64,000 nt of DNA from Patescibacteria group bacterium (GTDB taxonomy: Bacteria; Patescibacteriota; SICC01), in the NCBI GenBank assembly GCA_040902515.1, contig JBBDXB010000006.1, positions 66,219 to 130,218 of the forward strand, in the 5' to 3' direction. The notes under the pieces are model-generated. The model saw only the letters and a list, made by a program, of their open reading frames with translations. It had not been told where the DNA came from and made no database searches. The position numbers and the translations under genes are program-made. This document shows, piece by piece, positions 26,628 to 36,460 of this stretch. Within the stretch, counting starts at the first letter, position 1. Every line of letters begins with the position of its first letter.

Positions 26628-27602
26628 CTAGCGCGCCTGCGTAGTGGCCGGTGCTTGGTCGGCAGGAGTCCCCGCCTTGTCCTTGAGCTGTCCGCGGGCG
26701 GCAGCCGGATCGGCGTAGCCGTGTTCCTCGAGCACGGCGGCAAGCTCATGGTTCAGCCGCATGAACACCGCCGGGCCCTCGTTCACCAGCGCCGTCCCCA
26801 CGCCGACCGCGCTGGCGCCGGCCAAGAGGTGTTCAAACACGTCGGTACCGGACGCCACGCCGCCCGCGCCGATGACCGGAAGCTTGCCGTCCAGCAGCCG
26901 ATGGAACATGTGGACGTTCGCGAGCGCGGTCGGCTTCACGTAGCTACCGCCCAATCCGCCGAAACCGCCGTTCGGCGCGATCACCTTCTCTTCCTTCTCC
27001 GGGTCGATCACGAGCGCGTTGCCGATCGAGTTGATCGTCACGACGAAGTCCACGTTCGCCTCGCGCAGCACCTCCGCCATCGCCTCGAACTGGCTGGCGT
27101 CGAAGTATGGCGGCAGCTTCACGCCGAGCGGTCGCCGGGTCACGGCGCGGCAGCTCGCGAGCATCTTCCGCGATGCCGCGAAGTCGTAGCCGAGCTGGCC
27201 CTTGCCGGCCAGATTCGGGCACGACAGGTTCACTTCGATCATGTCCACGCCGACCTTGTCGTAGGCCGCGATCATCTCTTCGTTATCGCCCTCTTCGATC
27301 CCGGATACCGATGCGATCAGCGGCTTGTTCCAGCGCTTCAGTACCGGCACCAGCTCCACATACCGCTCGATGCCGAGGTTCGGCAGGCCCATCGAGTTGA
27401 GGCTTCCCTGGGCATCGGCGTGCCACCGCGGCAGGTCGTTACCCGCCCGGAACGCCGTGGTCGTCGTCTTGATTACGATCGCCCCGGACTCCGCCTGGCC
27501 GAGCGCCTCCAGGTCGCCGGCACTTACGTCTTTCGCCCCGGCCGCGTTCATCACCGCCGAGGGGAACCGTACGCCGCAGATATCGGTCGCGACCTCGCTC
27601 AT
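26628..27602 (-). CDS. pyrD: Dihydroorotate dehydrogenase (class 1)
   Basis: TIM-barrel DHOD motifs (NAAG, EVNLSCPN, VIGAGGV), 324 aa. Confidence 0.85.
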   Translation of the reverse strand: MSEVATDICGVRFPSAVMNAAGAKDVSAGDLEALGQAESGAIVIKTTTTAFRAGNDLPRWHADAQGSLNSMGLPNLGIERYVELVPVLKRWNKPLIASVSGIEEGDNEEMIAAYDKVGVDMIEVNLSCPNLAGKGQLGYDFAASRKMLASCRAVTRRPLGVKLPPYFDASQFEAMAEVLREANVDFVVTINSIGNALVIDPEKEEKVIAPNGGFGGLGGSYVKPTALANVHMFHRLLDGKLPVIGAGGVASGTDVFEHLLAGASAVGVGTALVNEGPAVFMRLNHELAAVLEEHGYADPAAARGQLKDKAGTPADQAPATTQAR

Positions 27603-27645
27603 TGGTTGTATGGTAGCACGCCGGAAGTCGCCCGGCGGCAGTCGG

Positions 27646-28851
27646 CTACTTCGGCTCCAGCGCGATGTACTGGACTACCGCGCCCTTGGAATAATGGCTC
27701 TCGAAACGTCGGCCCGGGCCTTCGATCGGGTCGTGCATTACATGATACCCGTTCTTCTTCTCCAATAGGACGACGTAGTGATTGTACTGACCCGGGCGGT
27801 CCACCCAGACGATCACCGGATGTCCCGCCGCGAGCTGGCGGTCGATGTGCGCCCAGTCCACGCTGCCGGAGGGGTCGTTGGTGACCGTCAGGCGCCCGGC
27901 GGAGGCCAGATGGACCTTCCTCCAGTAGAGCAGGTCTCGTTCGAACGCCTGCACGCCCTTGAGCGCCGCGTTCAGACGGATCGGGTCGGTATCGATGCCA
28001 TGCCGCTTGAATACCATCGCCGCGGCCGCGACTCCGCATCCGTAGTCGCCGATCGTCGAGGTGCTGAAGCCGAGCGTGGCATCGGCCCAGCGGCTGTCAC
28101 ATTGGTTGAAGTAGCCGCCCTCGCCGTCCCAGACCCGGTGACCTACCCGCTCGCAGCCGGCCCGGCCGAACAGACCGAGCTGCTCGAGCTTTTCCCTGGC
28201 CGCTTCGTATTCCGACTGGAACCGGCGTTCTTCCCCGCGAGTCTGCTTGAGCACATCGGCCCGCACCTCCCGGACGGCGGCGAGCTCCCGGAACTGGCGG
28301 GCAGCCGCCAACTCCAGCTCCTCAAGGCGATGGGTGCGCGACAGCAACGTCTTGCGATCCCGCTCGATCCGTTCGCTCGTCGCGGCCAGCTCTTCGGCCA
28401 GCGCCATCGCGTAATCACCCAGCGATCCGTTGGCCGCCCGTTCGCTGAACGATTCGGAGGCGCCGCTCGAGGCGGCCAGCACCTCCCAGGCGCCCGGCGA
28501 ACCGCCGAGGTAGTCCACGCGGACCACGGACCCGAGGGACTCCTTCCGTTGCTCATACTGGTCGAGCAGCGTGGTCAGCTTCTCCGTGGCCGCATCCAGC
28601 TCCCGACGGACTGCCGTGATCTGCGCCCGGATGCCGGCCAGCGCTTCCAGCTTGGCCTCGATCGTCTCGTCGAGCACAGCCAGCTTGTCTTCCAGCGATT
28701 CGACTTCGGCGGCCTTTTCGTGGAGCCGTTGTTCGCGCTCCGCGAACTCGGCGAGCGGATCGGCGGACGCTCCCTGCGGCCAGGAAAGCGCGGCCGCCGC
28801 GAACAGGACGAGCAGTGATCCGGAAATCGTTTTTCGTTTTGCTGTCAGCAT
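27646..28851 (-). CDS. Secreted coiled-coil protein with C-terminal cysteine-peptidase (C39-like/NlpC-P60-like) domain; putative peptidoglycan hydrolase
   Basis: Signal peptide, about 200 aa of heptad-like Glu/Leu/Ala/Arg coiled coil, then GDYGCGVAAAAMV (putative nucleophile Cys) with downstream His residues. Confidence 0.55.
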   Translation of the reverse strand: MLTAKRKTISGSLLVLFAAAALSWPQGASADPLAEFAEREQRLHEKAAEVESLEDKLAVLDETIEAKLEALAGIRAQITAVRRELDAATEKLTTLLDQYEQRKESLGSVVRVDYLGGSPGAWEVLAASSGASESFSERAANGSLGDYAMALAEELAATSERIERDRKTLLSRTHRLEELELAAARQFRELAAVREVRADVLKQTRGEERRFQSEYEAAREKLEQLGLFGRAGCERVGHRVWDGEGGYFNQCDSRWADATLGFSTSTIGDYGCGVAAAAMVFKRHGIDTDPIRLNAALKGVQAFERDLLYWRKVHLASAGRLTVTNDPSGSVDWAHIDRQLAAGHPVIVWVDRPGQYNHYVVLLEKKNGYHVMHDPIEGPGRRFESHYSKGAVVQYIALEPK

Positions 28852-28924
28852 CGTTTAGGTCGTTTCGGCTTTATCGTACCGCCGTGCGCACCCATGGACA
28901 ACGCGACGGGGCGCTCTCGGGTCG

Positions 28925-29710
28925 TCACTCGCCGAGCCCGAACAACCGTTCGGCGTTCGCCGTGGTCGCGGCCGCCACTTCTTCGAGCGGAATCCCTTTG
29001 ATCTCCGCGATCTTCCGCGCCGTGCCGACCATGAACGCCGGCTCGTTCCGTTCACCGCGGCGATCAGCCGGCGGCAGGAACGGCGCATCGGTCTCGACCA
29101 TCATCCGGTCCAGCGGCACCGCCCTCACCACCTCGCGCAGGGCATCGTTCTTCGGGTACGTCACCGGCGCGGTGAATGAGATCAGGAATCCGAGCGACAG
29201 AACCTCGTCGGCGAACCCCCGTGACCCCGTGAAGCAGTGGACCACGCCCGGAAGCTTCGGTAGGGTTCCGCGGACGTTGCCGAGCGCCTGCACGGTACGG
29301 TCCTCGGCGTCCCGGGAGTGGATGATCAGCGGTTTTCCGGCCGCGGCGGCGACCGCCGCCTGGCGCTCGAAGGCCTTCCCCTGCACGACCTCGTCCGGTC
29401 CGTCTTCGTAGTGTGAATCGAACCCGCATTCACCGATCGCCACGACCCGCGGGTGCTCCGCCAGCCGCCGTAATTCGTCCGCGCCTGCTTCCGTGACGTC
29501 GCGTGCATCGTACGGGTGAATTCCCACGGCCGCCCACACGTCGGGAAACCGCTCCGTGAGCGCCGCCGCCTTCCGGCTCCGCTCCAACGTCGTGCCGACG
29601 TTGACCAGTCGCGTGACACCTGCCGCCCGTGCCCGCTTAAGCACGGCCTCTTCTTCGCCGGCGAACTGCTCGAAGTCGAGATGGACGTGGGTATCGATCA
29701 GATCGGCCAT
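28925..29710 (-). CDS. tatD: TatD-family metal-dependent DNase/hydrolase
   Basis: N-terminal DTHVHLD, 261 aa TIM-barrel hydrolase pattern. The position next to metG matches the conserved metG-tatD synteny. Confidence 0.85.
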   Translation of the reverse strand: MADLIDTHVHLDFEQFAGEEEAVLKRARAAGVTRLVNVGTTLERSRKAAALTERFPDVWAAVGIHPYDARDVTEAGADELRRLAEHPRVVAIGECGFDSHYEDGPDEVVQGKAFERQAAVAAAAGKPLIIHSRDAEDRTVQALGNVRGTLPKLPGVVHCFTGSRGFADEVLSLGFLISFTAPVTYPKNDALREVVRAVPLDRMMVETDAPFLPPADRRGERNEPAFMVGTARKIAEIKGIPLEEVAAATTANAERLFGLGE

Positions 29711-29717
29711 GCTCCCC

Positions 29718-30866
29718 CTACCGGATCCACCGTACCCCCAGGCTCATCGGTACCGCCAATCCGATCAGCACCAGCAGGGCGGTTTTCTCGGGAAACACCT
29801 GCAATAAGGCCAGCAGGACGCTCAACTGTACGGTCAAGCCGATCGCATGGCTGGTCTCCATGCCCACGATGTACTCCAACCGCGGATCTCGGTCGGCGTG
29901 CTTGTAGTAGCGGCTGAGGTAAGACGTGCTGAGGAGCGATTGCCCGAGTCCGCTGATCAGGTTGATGCCTGCCACGTGGGTCGTGGACGTGGCAAACAGG
30001 CGGAACAGGTGGGTCCCGGACATCGTCGCTGCTCCCCGGCGCAGGTAGCGTCGCTCACCGTGGCGCTCTTCGCGCCGTCCCACGGACAGCGCCACTGCCG
30101 CGGCACTGAGCACCGCGAGCGAACTGAGTGCGCCGATGCCCGCGTACGTCGGGATGATCAGGAAGATCAGGAGCGGCCAGAGTATCCCTTCGATCACGTA
30201 GTACGTGCTGTGGGTGAAGTTGGCCGCGAAGTCGGGAACCATCCGGCGGCTGAAGTTGCGGAGCCGGATCGGCCGGTGCTTCACCACGTCGGGCGAGTTA
30301 AGCAGGATCACCGAGGCGGTCAGCATCAGGCCGGCCGCGATACCGTAGACCAGCCCGATCCCGAATACCGTGGCCAGCACACCACCGAGGGCCGGCGCCA
30401 GTCCGTGCGCCGCGATCACGACGGCATTCATCGCACCGACCTGCCGCCCGCCGCGGCGGTGCGCCTTCACCTTCGAGAAACTCGCGTGGAACGCCGGCCA
30501 GTAAAAGGCCCTGTCGGCTGCCTTGAAGACCGCAGCAAACCAGATCGGTAACCCGAGTTCCGGCAGCAAGAACAGCGAGATGAAGAACAGCGCGATCCAC
30601 AGTTCACCGAGCGCCATCACCCGGTTGGCATTGATCCGGCTGATCAGCCACCCGGACACGCCGTACAGCGGGACGGAGATCACGAACGCGATCAGGAAGA
30701 AAAGGATGACCTGCTCCACCGAGTAGCCGATCTTGAGCAGGTAGACCGGTGCCAGCACTTGGACCGAGGCCGCTCCCAATGCCGCCAGGCCGTGCGACCA
30801 ATAGAGATGGCGGAGTTCCGTCAACCGCGGCGTGTGGTAGTGGCTATGGTGGGCGAAGTTGAGCAT
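29718..30866 (-). CDS. MFS-type transporter, paralog 1 of 3 (His-rich N-terminus HHSHYH)
   Basis: About 12 TM helices, 382 aa, with a conserved N-terminal block shared by the two upstream paralogs (..H.H.P.L.E....YWSH). Confidence 0.6.
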   Translation of the reverse strand: MLNFAHHSHYHTPRLTELRHLYWSHGLAALGAASVQVLAPVYLLKIGYSVEQVILFFLIAFVISVPLYGVSGWLISRINANRVMALGELWIALFFISLFLLPELGLPIWFAAVFKAADRAFYWPAFHASFSKVKAHRRGGRQVGAMNAVVIAAHGLAPALGGVLATVFGIGLVYGIAAGLMLTASVILLNSPDVVKHRPIRLRNFSRRMVPDFAANFTHSTYYVIEGILWPLLIFLIIPTYAGIGALSSLAVLSAAAVALSVGRREERHGERRYLRRGAATMSGTHLFRLFATSTTHVAGINLISGLGQSLLSTSYLSRYYKHADRDPRLEYIVGMETSHAIGLTVQLSVLLALLQVFPEKTALLVLIGLAVPMSLGVRWIR

Positions 30867-30871
30867 GGCTG

Positions 30872-32026
30872 TCAGCGGATCTTCGTGATCAGGTAACTCA
30901 TCGGGATAGCGAAGAGGATGCCTGCCAGGAGCACTTCCCGTTCGGCGAGGCCGGGCAGCAGCAGCGTCAGCACCAACAGCAGCCCGAACGCGATGATCCA
31001 GGCGACCGCGCTCACCAGCTGCATCATGAACAGATACGGCAGCCCTCGCCGCTCGATGTTCTCATAGTAGGTCGTGTTGAACGCGGTGTGATACAGCGAG
31101 TACCCCACGCCCGACGCCAGGTTGATGGCGAACACGTGTGAACCGCTGATGGTGAACACCCGCAGGAAGTGTCCGAGACCGTTGATGGTAGCACCCTCAT
31201 TGACGTAATGACGCACGCCCTTGGTCTCTTCGCGGGTACCCACGTACAGCGATACCACGATCGACGTGAGAATCAGCACCGAACTCAGCAGGCCGACGCC
31301 GGCATAGCTTGGGATCACGAAGAACACGAAGAGGGGCCACGTCTGGTTAAGCGTCCCGTCGTTGTACGTCTCGGCAAGGTTGGCGATGAAGTCGCTCCGG
31401 TACTTCTTCAGTTTCCGCCAGGAAAGCTTGAACGGCTGGTTCCTGACGAAGGTCGGCCCGCCGAAGAGCGGCGCGGCGGCGACCACGAACAGTGCGATCG
31501 AGGCGATGTACAGCGCGTCGATCCCGAACTCCGTGGCGACCAGGCCGCCCACCGCCGGGGCGACGCCGACCGCCAGCATCTGCGTGCTGCTCCATACGCC
31601 GACCAGCCGACCGGTGCGCCTGTGGGCGAGATTGGCCGCAAAGGCGCCGCGGAAGGCCGGCCAGTAGATCGAGGTGTACCACGCCCAGGCGAACGCGATG
31701 ATCCAGAGCGGCCAGTGGTACGTCGGCAGCGTGAGAAGCAGCAGGAACTGCATGACGTTGCCGACCATGCTGATCACCATCAGGCGGGTCGCTCCGAATC
31801 GGTTGATCAGGCGCATCATCGGATAGATCAGGAAAATCCAGAAGATGCCGCCCAGCAGCAGGTACTCGAAGATCTGGGACAGCGTGTACCCGAGCTGGTA
31901 CAGGTAGATCGGGATGAAGATGACGACCAGGTTCTCCGCCAGGGAGCGGATGCCGTGCGCCCAGAACAGCTCTGTGATCCCTTGCAGGCGCGGGGCGTGG
32001 TAGTGATGGTGAAGGATACTCTGCAT
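30872..32026 (-). CDS. MFS-type transporter, paralog 2 of 3 (N-terminus HHHYH)
   Basis: 384 aa, the same topology and conserved blocks as its neighbours, with a 5-nt intergenic gap. Confidence 0.6.
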   Translation of the reverse strand: MQSILHHHYHAPRLQGITELFWAHGIRSLAENLVVIFIPIYLYQLGYTLSQIFEYLLLGGIFWIFLIYPMMRLINRFGATRLMVISMVGNVMQFLLLLTLPTYHWPLWIIAFAWAWYTSIYWPAFRGAFAANLAHRRTGRLVGVWSSTQMLAVGVAPAVGGLVATEFGIDALYIASIALFVVAAAPLFGGPTFVRNQPFKLSWRKLKKYRSDFIANLAETYNDGTLNQTWPLFVFFVIPSYAGVGLLSSVLILTSIVVSLYVGTREETKGVRHYVNEGATINGLGHFLRVFTISGSHVFAINLASGVGYSLYHTAFNTTYYENIERRGLPYLFMMQLVSAVAWIIAFGLLLVLTLLLPGLAEREVLLAGILFAIPMSYLITKIR

Positions 32027-32031
32027 ACGTT

Positions 32032-33192
32032 TTAACGGATCAGGCGGATCAACAGCGTGAGCGGCACGACCGCGGCCAGACCGGCGACCAGCACCGTCTT
32101 GTCCGGCACGACCGCGGCCAATACGAAGAGAATCCCGAAGAACACCGTGTCGAAGAGCGCGCAGGCGGTCATCATGACGTACACGTAGGGCAGGCGGGGT
32201 TCCCGGTCGGCTTCGCGGTAGTACTCGGTCGCGTACGGCGTCGAAAGCATCGCGTGACCGACGCCGCTCACCAGGTTCACCGTCGCGATCTGGCCAGCGG
32301 TCTCCGTAGCCAGCCGCGCCGCGTTGGACGTGGCTGTCACGGCCACCCCCTGGTTCAAGTATCGATGCGTACCGCGGCGCTCCTCGCGCCGCCCGATGTA
32401 GATGGCGATCACGATGCCGCTGATCACGGCCAGCGAGCTGAGGATCCCGACGCCCGCGTACGTCGGGATGATCAGAAAGATCAGGAGCGGCCAGAGGCTC
32501 GACAGCGCGACGTCATCCACTTCCGAGGAGCCGTTCGCCAGAAGGTCGCGCCAGATCCGGCGCAGCCGGAGCTTCGAAAGATCGAAGGGATCGTTCTTGA
32601 TGATCTCCGGACCGGTCAGGAGCGGCAGGGCCGCTACCACGAGCAGGACCATCGCCGCGACGTATACCGCGTTGATGCCGAACACGGTCGCGACGATACC
32701 GCCGATCGCCGGCGCGATGCCATAGGCCATCATGATCAACGCGCTGGAAAGCCCGACCGAACGGCCCGGGTGCTCGCCGGTCAGCCCTTTGGCGAAACTG
32801 GCCCGGAAGCACGGCCAGTACAGCCCGATATAAGTCCCCCAGCTCAGGGCGATCAACCAGAGCGGCCATCCGGCGGACGGCAGGGTCGCGAGCAGCACCA
32901 GCTGCGCGAAATGCACGACGAAGCTGAGCGCCATCGCCTTGTTCGTCCCGATGCGGTTACTTAACTTGAACAGGGGATACTGCAGGAGACCCCAGAACGC
33001 TGCCATGAGCAGATAGAACAGCAGGATCTCGCCCAGGTCGTAGCCGAGCTTCGTCAGGTAAATCGGAATGAAGATGCTCACCAGGTTGGTGGCGACCGAC
33101 TTGAGGCTATGCGACCAATAGATACGGCGGATTTCCGTCAGCTGCGGCAGATGGAAATGGAGATGGGAATGGGACGCTCTGAGTCCTGGCAT
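32032..33192 (-). CDS. MFS-type transporter, paralog 3 of 3 (N-terminus SHSHLHFH)
   Basis: 386 aa, the same family as the two above. Confidence 0.6.
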   Translation of the reverse strand: MPGLRASHSHLHFHLPQLTEIRRIYWSHSLKSVATNLVSIFIPIYLTKLGYDLGEILLFYLLMAAFWGLLQYPLFKLSNRIGTNKAMALSFVVHFAQLVLLATLPSAGWPLWLIALSWGTYIGLYWPCFRASFAKGLTGEHPGRSVGLSSALIMMAYGIAPAIGGIVATVFGINAVYVAAMVLLVVAALPLLTGPEIIKNDPFDLSKLRLRRIWRDLLANGSSEVDDVALSSLWPLLIFLIIPTYAGVGILSSLAVISGIVIAIYIGRREERRGTHRYLNQGVAVTATSNAARLATETAGQIATVNLVSGVGHAMLSTPYATEYYREADREPRLPYVYVMMTACALFDTVFFGILFVLAAVVPDKTVLVAGLAAVVPLTLLIRLIR

Positions 33193-33220
33193 GCTGTTTG
33201 TTTCCGGTTCTTATCTTAAG

Positions 33221-34753
33221 CTATCGTTCGCTCGGTTGCCGGGGAAAGAGCGGATCGCCGCGGCGGACGGCGGTTCCCGGCGGAACCTTCTTCCATTCGA
33301 GCAGTGACTCGGCATCCCAACCGACGGCCTTCAGGCCGAGACATCGCTGGAGTTCCGCCGCCTTGTCGGGGATGAACGGCGCGTAGAGCAGGCTCAGATG
33401 GCCGAGCACCTGGGCCAGGGTGTAGAGCGCGTCGGCGACCGGCCGACCCTCCTGTTTGTACGGCTGGGTCTCCTCGATGAACCGGTTCGCCAGGGAGACG
33501 AGCCCGTTCAGGTGCTCCAGTGCCTCCGCGAATTTCGGCGCCTCAAGCAGATTGGCCAGCTCGTGGTGCGTCTGGCCGACGTGCTCCTTGAGCTTCGGAT
33601 CGGCGGCGCCTTCCGGTACTTTGCCGCCGCACTTCTTCTCGATCAGCGTGAGTACCCGACTGGCCAAGTTGCCGAGGTCGTTGGCGAGCTCGGCGGCGTA
33701 GACCTCGGTGAAGTGGCGTTCCGAGAAATCGCCGTCCTCGGCGTACGGGAGCGCCCGCAGCAAGTAGTACCGGACCGGGTCGACCCCGTGCCGTTCCACC
33801 AGTTCGAACGGATCGATCACGTTGCCTTTCGATTTGCTCATCTTCTGGCCGTCGATCGTGAAGAAACCGTGGATGTAGAGCTTCCTGGGGAGCGGCAGTT
33901 CCGCACCGAGCAGCATCGCCGGCCAGTAGACGGCATGGAACTTCCAGATGTCCTTGCCGATGACGTGCAGGTCTGCCGGCCAGTACCGGGCGTACCGCGC
34001 ATCGTCCCAGCCGTACCCGATGCCGGAGACGTAATTGGTCAGCGCGTCGCACCAGACGTACATCCGCTGCGAATCATCACCCGGGACCGGGACGCCCATC
34101 TCCAGCTTCTTCGCCGGGCGGGAAAAGCTGATGTCCTTGAGTTCGTTGTCAAGGAACGCCAGCACCTCGTTCCGTCGTGACTCCGGCTCGATCGCGTATT
34201 CGCCGGATTCGATGACCTCCCGGATCCGTCCGCCGAATGCCGACAGCCTGAAGAAGTAGTTCTCTTCCTCGACCTGTTCCGGCGGCGTACCGTGGACCGG
34301 ACAGTTCCCGTCGATAAGCTCCGCCTCGGCGTAGTACTGTTCGCAATCGATGCAGTAGAGACCGCGGTACGTGCCCTTGTAAATCAGGTCCCGTTCGACG
34401 AGTCGCTGCCAGATCCTGATGGCGGCCGGATAGTGGCGCTCCCGGTCGGTCGTGCGAATGAAATCATCATTCGAAAGGCCGAGCGTGGTCGCGAGTTTCT
34501 TGAACCGCTCAGCGTACCGGTCGGCGACCTGCTGCGGCGTGGTTCCCTCGCGCTCCGCGGCCTTGATCAGTTTCTGGCTGTTCTCGTCGGTGCCGGTCAG
34601 GAAGAACGTGTCATCGCCACAGAGCCGGCGCCAGCGAGCGATCACGTCGGCTTGCGCCGCCTCCGTGGCATGCCCGATGTGCGGATCGGCATTCACGTAC
34701 GGAATCGACGACGTGACGTAGAACTTCTGCGATGACTGTACGATTTTTCCCAT
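33221..34753 (-). CDS. metG: Methionyl-tRNA synthetase (short form, 510 aa)
   Basis: HIGH motif (PYVNADPHIGH), KMSKS motif, and a zinc knuckle CIDCEQYY...CPVHG. Confidence 0.9.
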   Translation of the reverse strand: MGKIVQSSQKFYVTSSIPYVNADPHIGHATEAAQADVIARWRRLCGDDTFFLTGTDENSQKLIKAAEREGTTPQQVADRYAERFKKLATTLGLSNDDFIRTTDRERHYPAAIRIWQRLVERDLIYKGTYRGLYCIDCEQYYAEAELIDGNCPVHGTPPEQVEEENYFFRLSAFGGRIREVIESGEYAIEPESRRNEVLAFLDNELKDISFSRPAKKLEMGVPVPGDDSQRMYVWCDALTNYVSGIGYGWDDARYARYWPADLHVIGKDIWKFHAVYWPAMLLGAELPLPRKLYIHGFFTIDGQKMSKSKGNVIDPFELVERHGVDPVRYYLLRALPYAEDGDFSERHFTEVYAAELANDLGNLASRVLTLIEKKCGGKVPEGAADPKLKEHVGQTHHELANLLEAPKFAEALEHLNGLVSLANRFIEETQPYKQEGRPVADALYTLAQVLGHLSLLYAPFIPDKAAELQRCLGLKAVGWDAESLLEWKKVPPGTAVRRGDPLFPRQPSER

Positions 34754-34786
34754 ACGGAGCCATTGTAGAGCACCCGGCCGAGGGAA

Positions 34787-35059
34787 TCAGCGAAGGATCC
34801 GGAAACCGTCGTAGGCGCCGGACGCCGCGGTCCGATGCTCGTCGAGCGATTCGACCCGGGCAGCATCGGGACCCGTCCGGACCCACTCGAGCAACCGGTC
34901 CAGCGTCGTATCCGGACCTTCGGCGACGATCGTCACCGAACCGTCGGGGTTGTTCCGGACCGTACCGACCAGCTCGAGCCGGTCCGCCATCGCTTTGGCA
35001 TGCGCCCGGAAGCTCACGCCCTGGACCGTTCCACGGACGGTGACCGTGAGCCGCGTCAT
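34787..35059 (-). CDS. acyP: Acylphosphatase
   Basis: 90 aa with motifs VxGxVQGVxFR and GxVxN. Confidence 0.8.
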   Translation of the reverse strand: MTRLTVTVRGTVQGVSFRAHAKAMADRLELVGTVRNNPDGSVTIVAEGPDTTLDRLLEWVRTGPDAARVESLDEHRTAASGAYDGFRILR

Positions 35060-35751
35060 TCCTGCCGGCCCTTGTCCGCGACCCGCACCACCGCCACGAT
35101 CTCACCTTTCGGCGGGTGGACCGCGAAGTGTGCGGCGAGCTCCGCGGGCGTCCCTACCCGGATGTCCTCGAATTTCTTGGTAATCTCTCGGGCCGCCGAC
35201 ACCTGAGCGGCGGGATGCCGCGCGGCAAGCTCGCCGAGGAGCTTTTCCAGCCGATGCGGCGACTCGTACAACACCACCGGCGAGATCATGCCGCCGAGTC
35301 GGTCGAGCTTCTTCTGGCGGCCTTTCTTGTGCGGGAGGAACCCGAGGAAGGTGAACTGGTCGCCGCCGAGCCCGACCGCGGAAAGTGCCGTGGTCACCGC
35401 CGAAGCGCCGGGAATCGGGACCACCGGGACGCCGCTGCGTCGTGCCAGTTCCACCAGACGCCCACCCGGATCGGCGATCGCCGGAGTACCGGCGTCGGTC
35501 ACCAGGGCAAAGTCGGCGCCGCCTTCCAGTTCCGCGACGATATCCTGCTCCTTACGCCCGCGGGAATGCTGGTGATACGACCGGATCGGGGTATCGATGT
35601 CATACCGGCTCAGAAGCTTCCGGGACGTCCGCGTGTCCTCCGCCAGGATCACGGCGACGTTCCGGAGCGTCTCGATCGCCCGGAAAGTAATGTCGTTCAG
35701 GTTGCCGATCGGCGTCGCGACGACGAACAGGGTTCCTGCCTGTTCAGCCAT
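35056..35751 (-). CDS. rsmI: 16S rRNA (cytidine1402-2'-O)-methyltransferase RsmI
   Basis: Tetrapyrrole-methylase-fold N-terminus LFVVATPIGNLNDIT; the position upstream of metG matches the Firmicutes-type rsmI-metG-tatD array. Confidence 0.8.
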   Translation of the reverse strand: MAEQAGTLFVVATPIGNLNDITFRAIETLRNVAVILAEDTRTSRKLLSRYDIDTPIRSYHQHSRGRKEQDIVAELEGGADFALVTDAGTPAIADPGGRLVELARRSGVPVVPIPGASAVTTALSAVGLGGDQFTFLGFLPHKKGRQKKLDRLGGMISPVVLYESPHRLEKLLGELAARHPAAQVSAAREITKKFEDIRVGTPAELAAHFAVHPPKGEIVAVVRVADKGRQE

Positions 35752-36424
35752 CGAGCTCCTTCCGCACGGTGTTCACCAATCGTTGTGGCGACAGGGCGAC
35801 GTTGTGATGGCTGCCAGGTACCTGTTTTACGGACACGTTCGGAAACCGCGTTGAGACACGGTCCGCATGCTCCTGCGGGACGATCTCTTCCCGCTTCGGG
35901 AATAGGATGGTCGCATTCCGGAGTCTCGGCAAGTCGTCCGAAAGGTCGATCGTATGCACGAAGTCGTAGAGCTTCCGCCCCCGGCCGCCGGAGGCCCGGG
36001 CCCGGATCGCCCGTAAGGACCGGATCGCGTGCGGCAGGTTCCAGCCGCGGATGGCCAGCACTGCGTTCCGCAGGCTTTCACGAATCCGGTGGCGGTGCCG
36101 TTTGAACGGGAACAGGATCGGTGCGACGGCAACGACCTTCCGGACCCGCCGCGGATGATCGGCGGCATACTTGAGCGCGATCGCGCCGCCCATTGAGTGA
36201 CCGACCAGGTATCCCGGCGTGCCCTGCAACGCCCGGTCGATCGGATCGAAGAAGAAGTCCCAGGTAAGGTCGCCGTCGGGCAATGCGAGCGGGTGGTCGG
36301 CCGAACGGACGTCGAAATCCTTACGGAGTGCCCGTAGGAACGGCGCATAGACCGATCCATCGGCCGCCAGTCCCGGCACGAAGACCAGGACCGGCTTGGA
36401 TTGCGTGACATCCTCGACGGACAT
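35744..36424 (-). CDS. Alpha/beta-hydrolase fold protein (226 aa from MSVEDV; the longer ORF to 37264 is an artefact)
   Basis: GHSMGG nucleophile elbow plus downstream Asp/His (PGSHH). Confidence 0.7.
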   Translation of the reverse strand: MSVEDVTQSKPVLVFVPGLAADGSVYAPFLRALRKDFDVRSADHPLALPDGDLTWDFFFDPIDRALQGTPGYLVGHSMGGAIALKYAADHPRRVRKVVAVAPILFPFKRHRHRIRESLRNAVLAIRGWNLPHAIRSLRAIRARASGGRGRKLYDFVHTIDLSDDLPRLRNATILFPKREEIVPQEHADRVSTRFPNVSVKQVPGSHHNVALSPQRLVNTVRKELDG

Positions 36425-36448
36425 GCGTCCAGTGTACGACGGGCGCGG

Positions 36449-36454
36449 TATACT
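36449..36454 (+). promoter_or_regulatory. TATACT -10 box 6 nt upstream of the glmS ATG, implying a leaderless or near-leaderless transcript
   Basis: The hexamer is placed 6 nt before the ATG at 36461. Only 36 bp separate the two divergent start codons. Confidence 0.45.
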
Positions 36455-36460
36455 GTCGGC

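Noticed and set aside
25926-27884. 652-aa plus-strand ORF antisense to mnmA and pyrD
   Set aside because: The same GC-rich antisense artefact (Arg/His/Pro runs). mnmA and pyrD on the minus strand have clear catalytic motifs.
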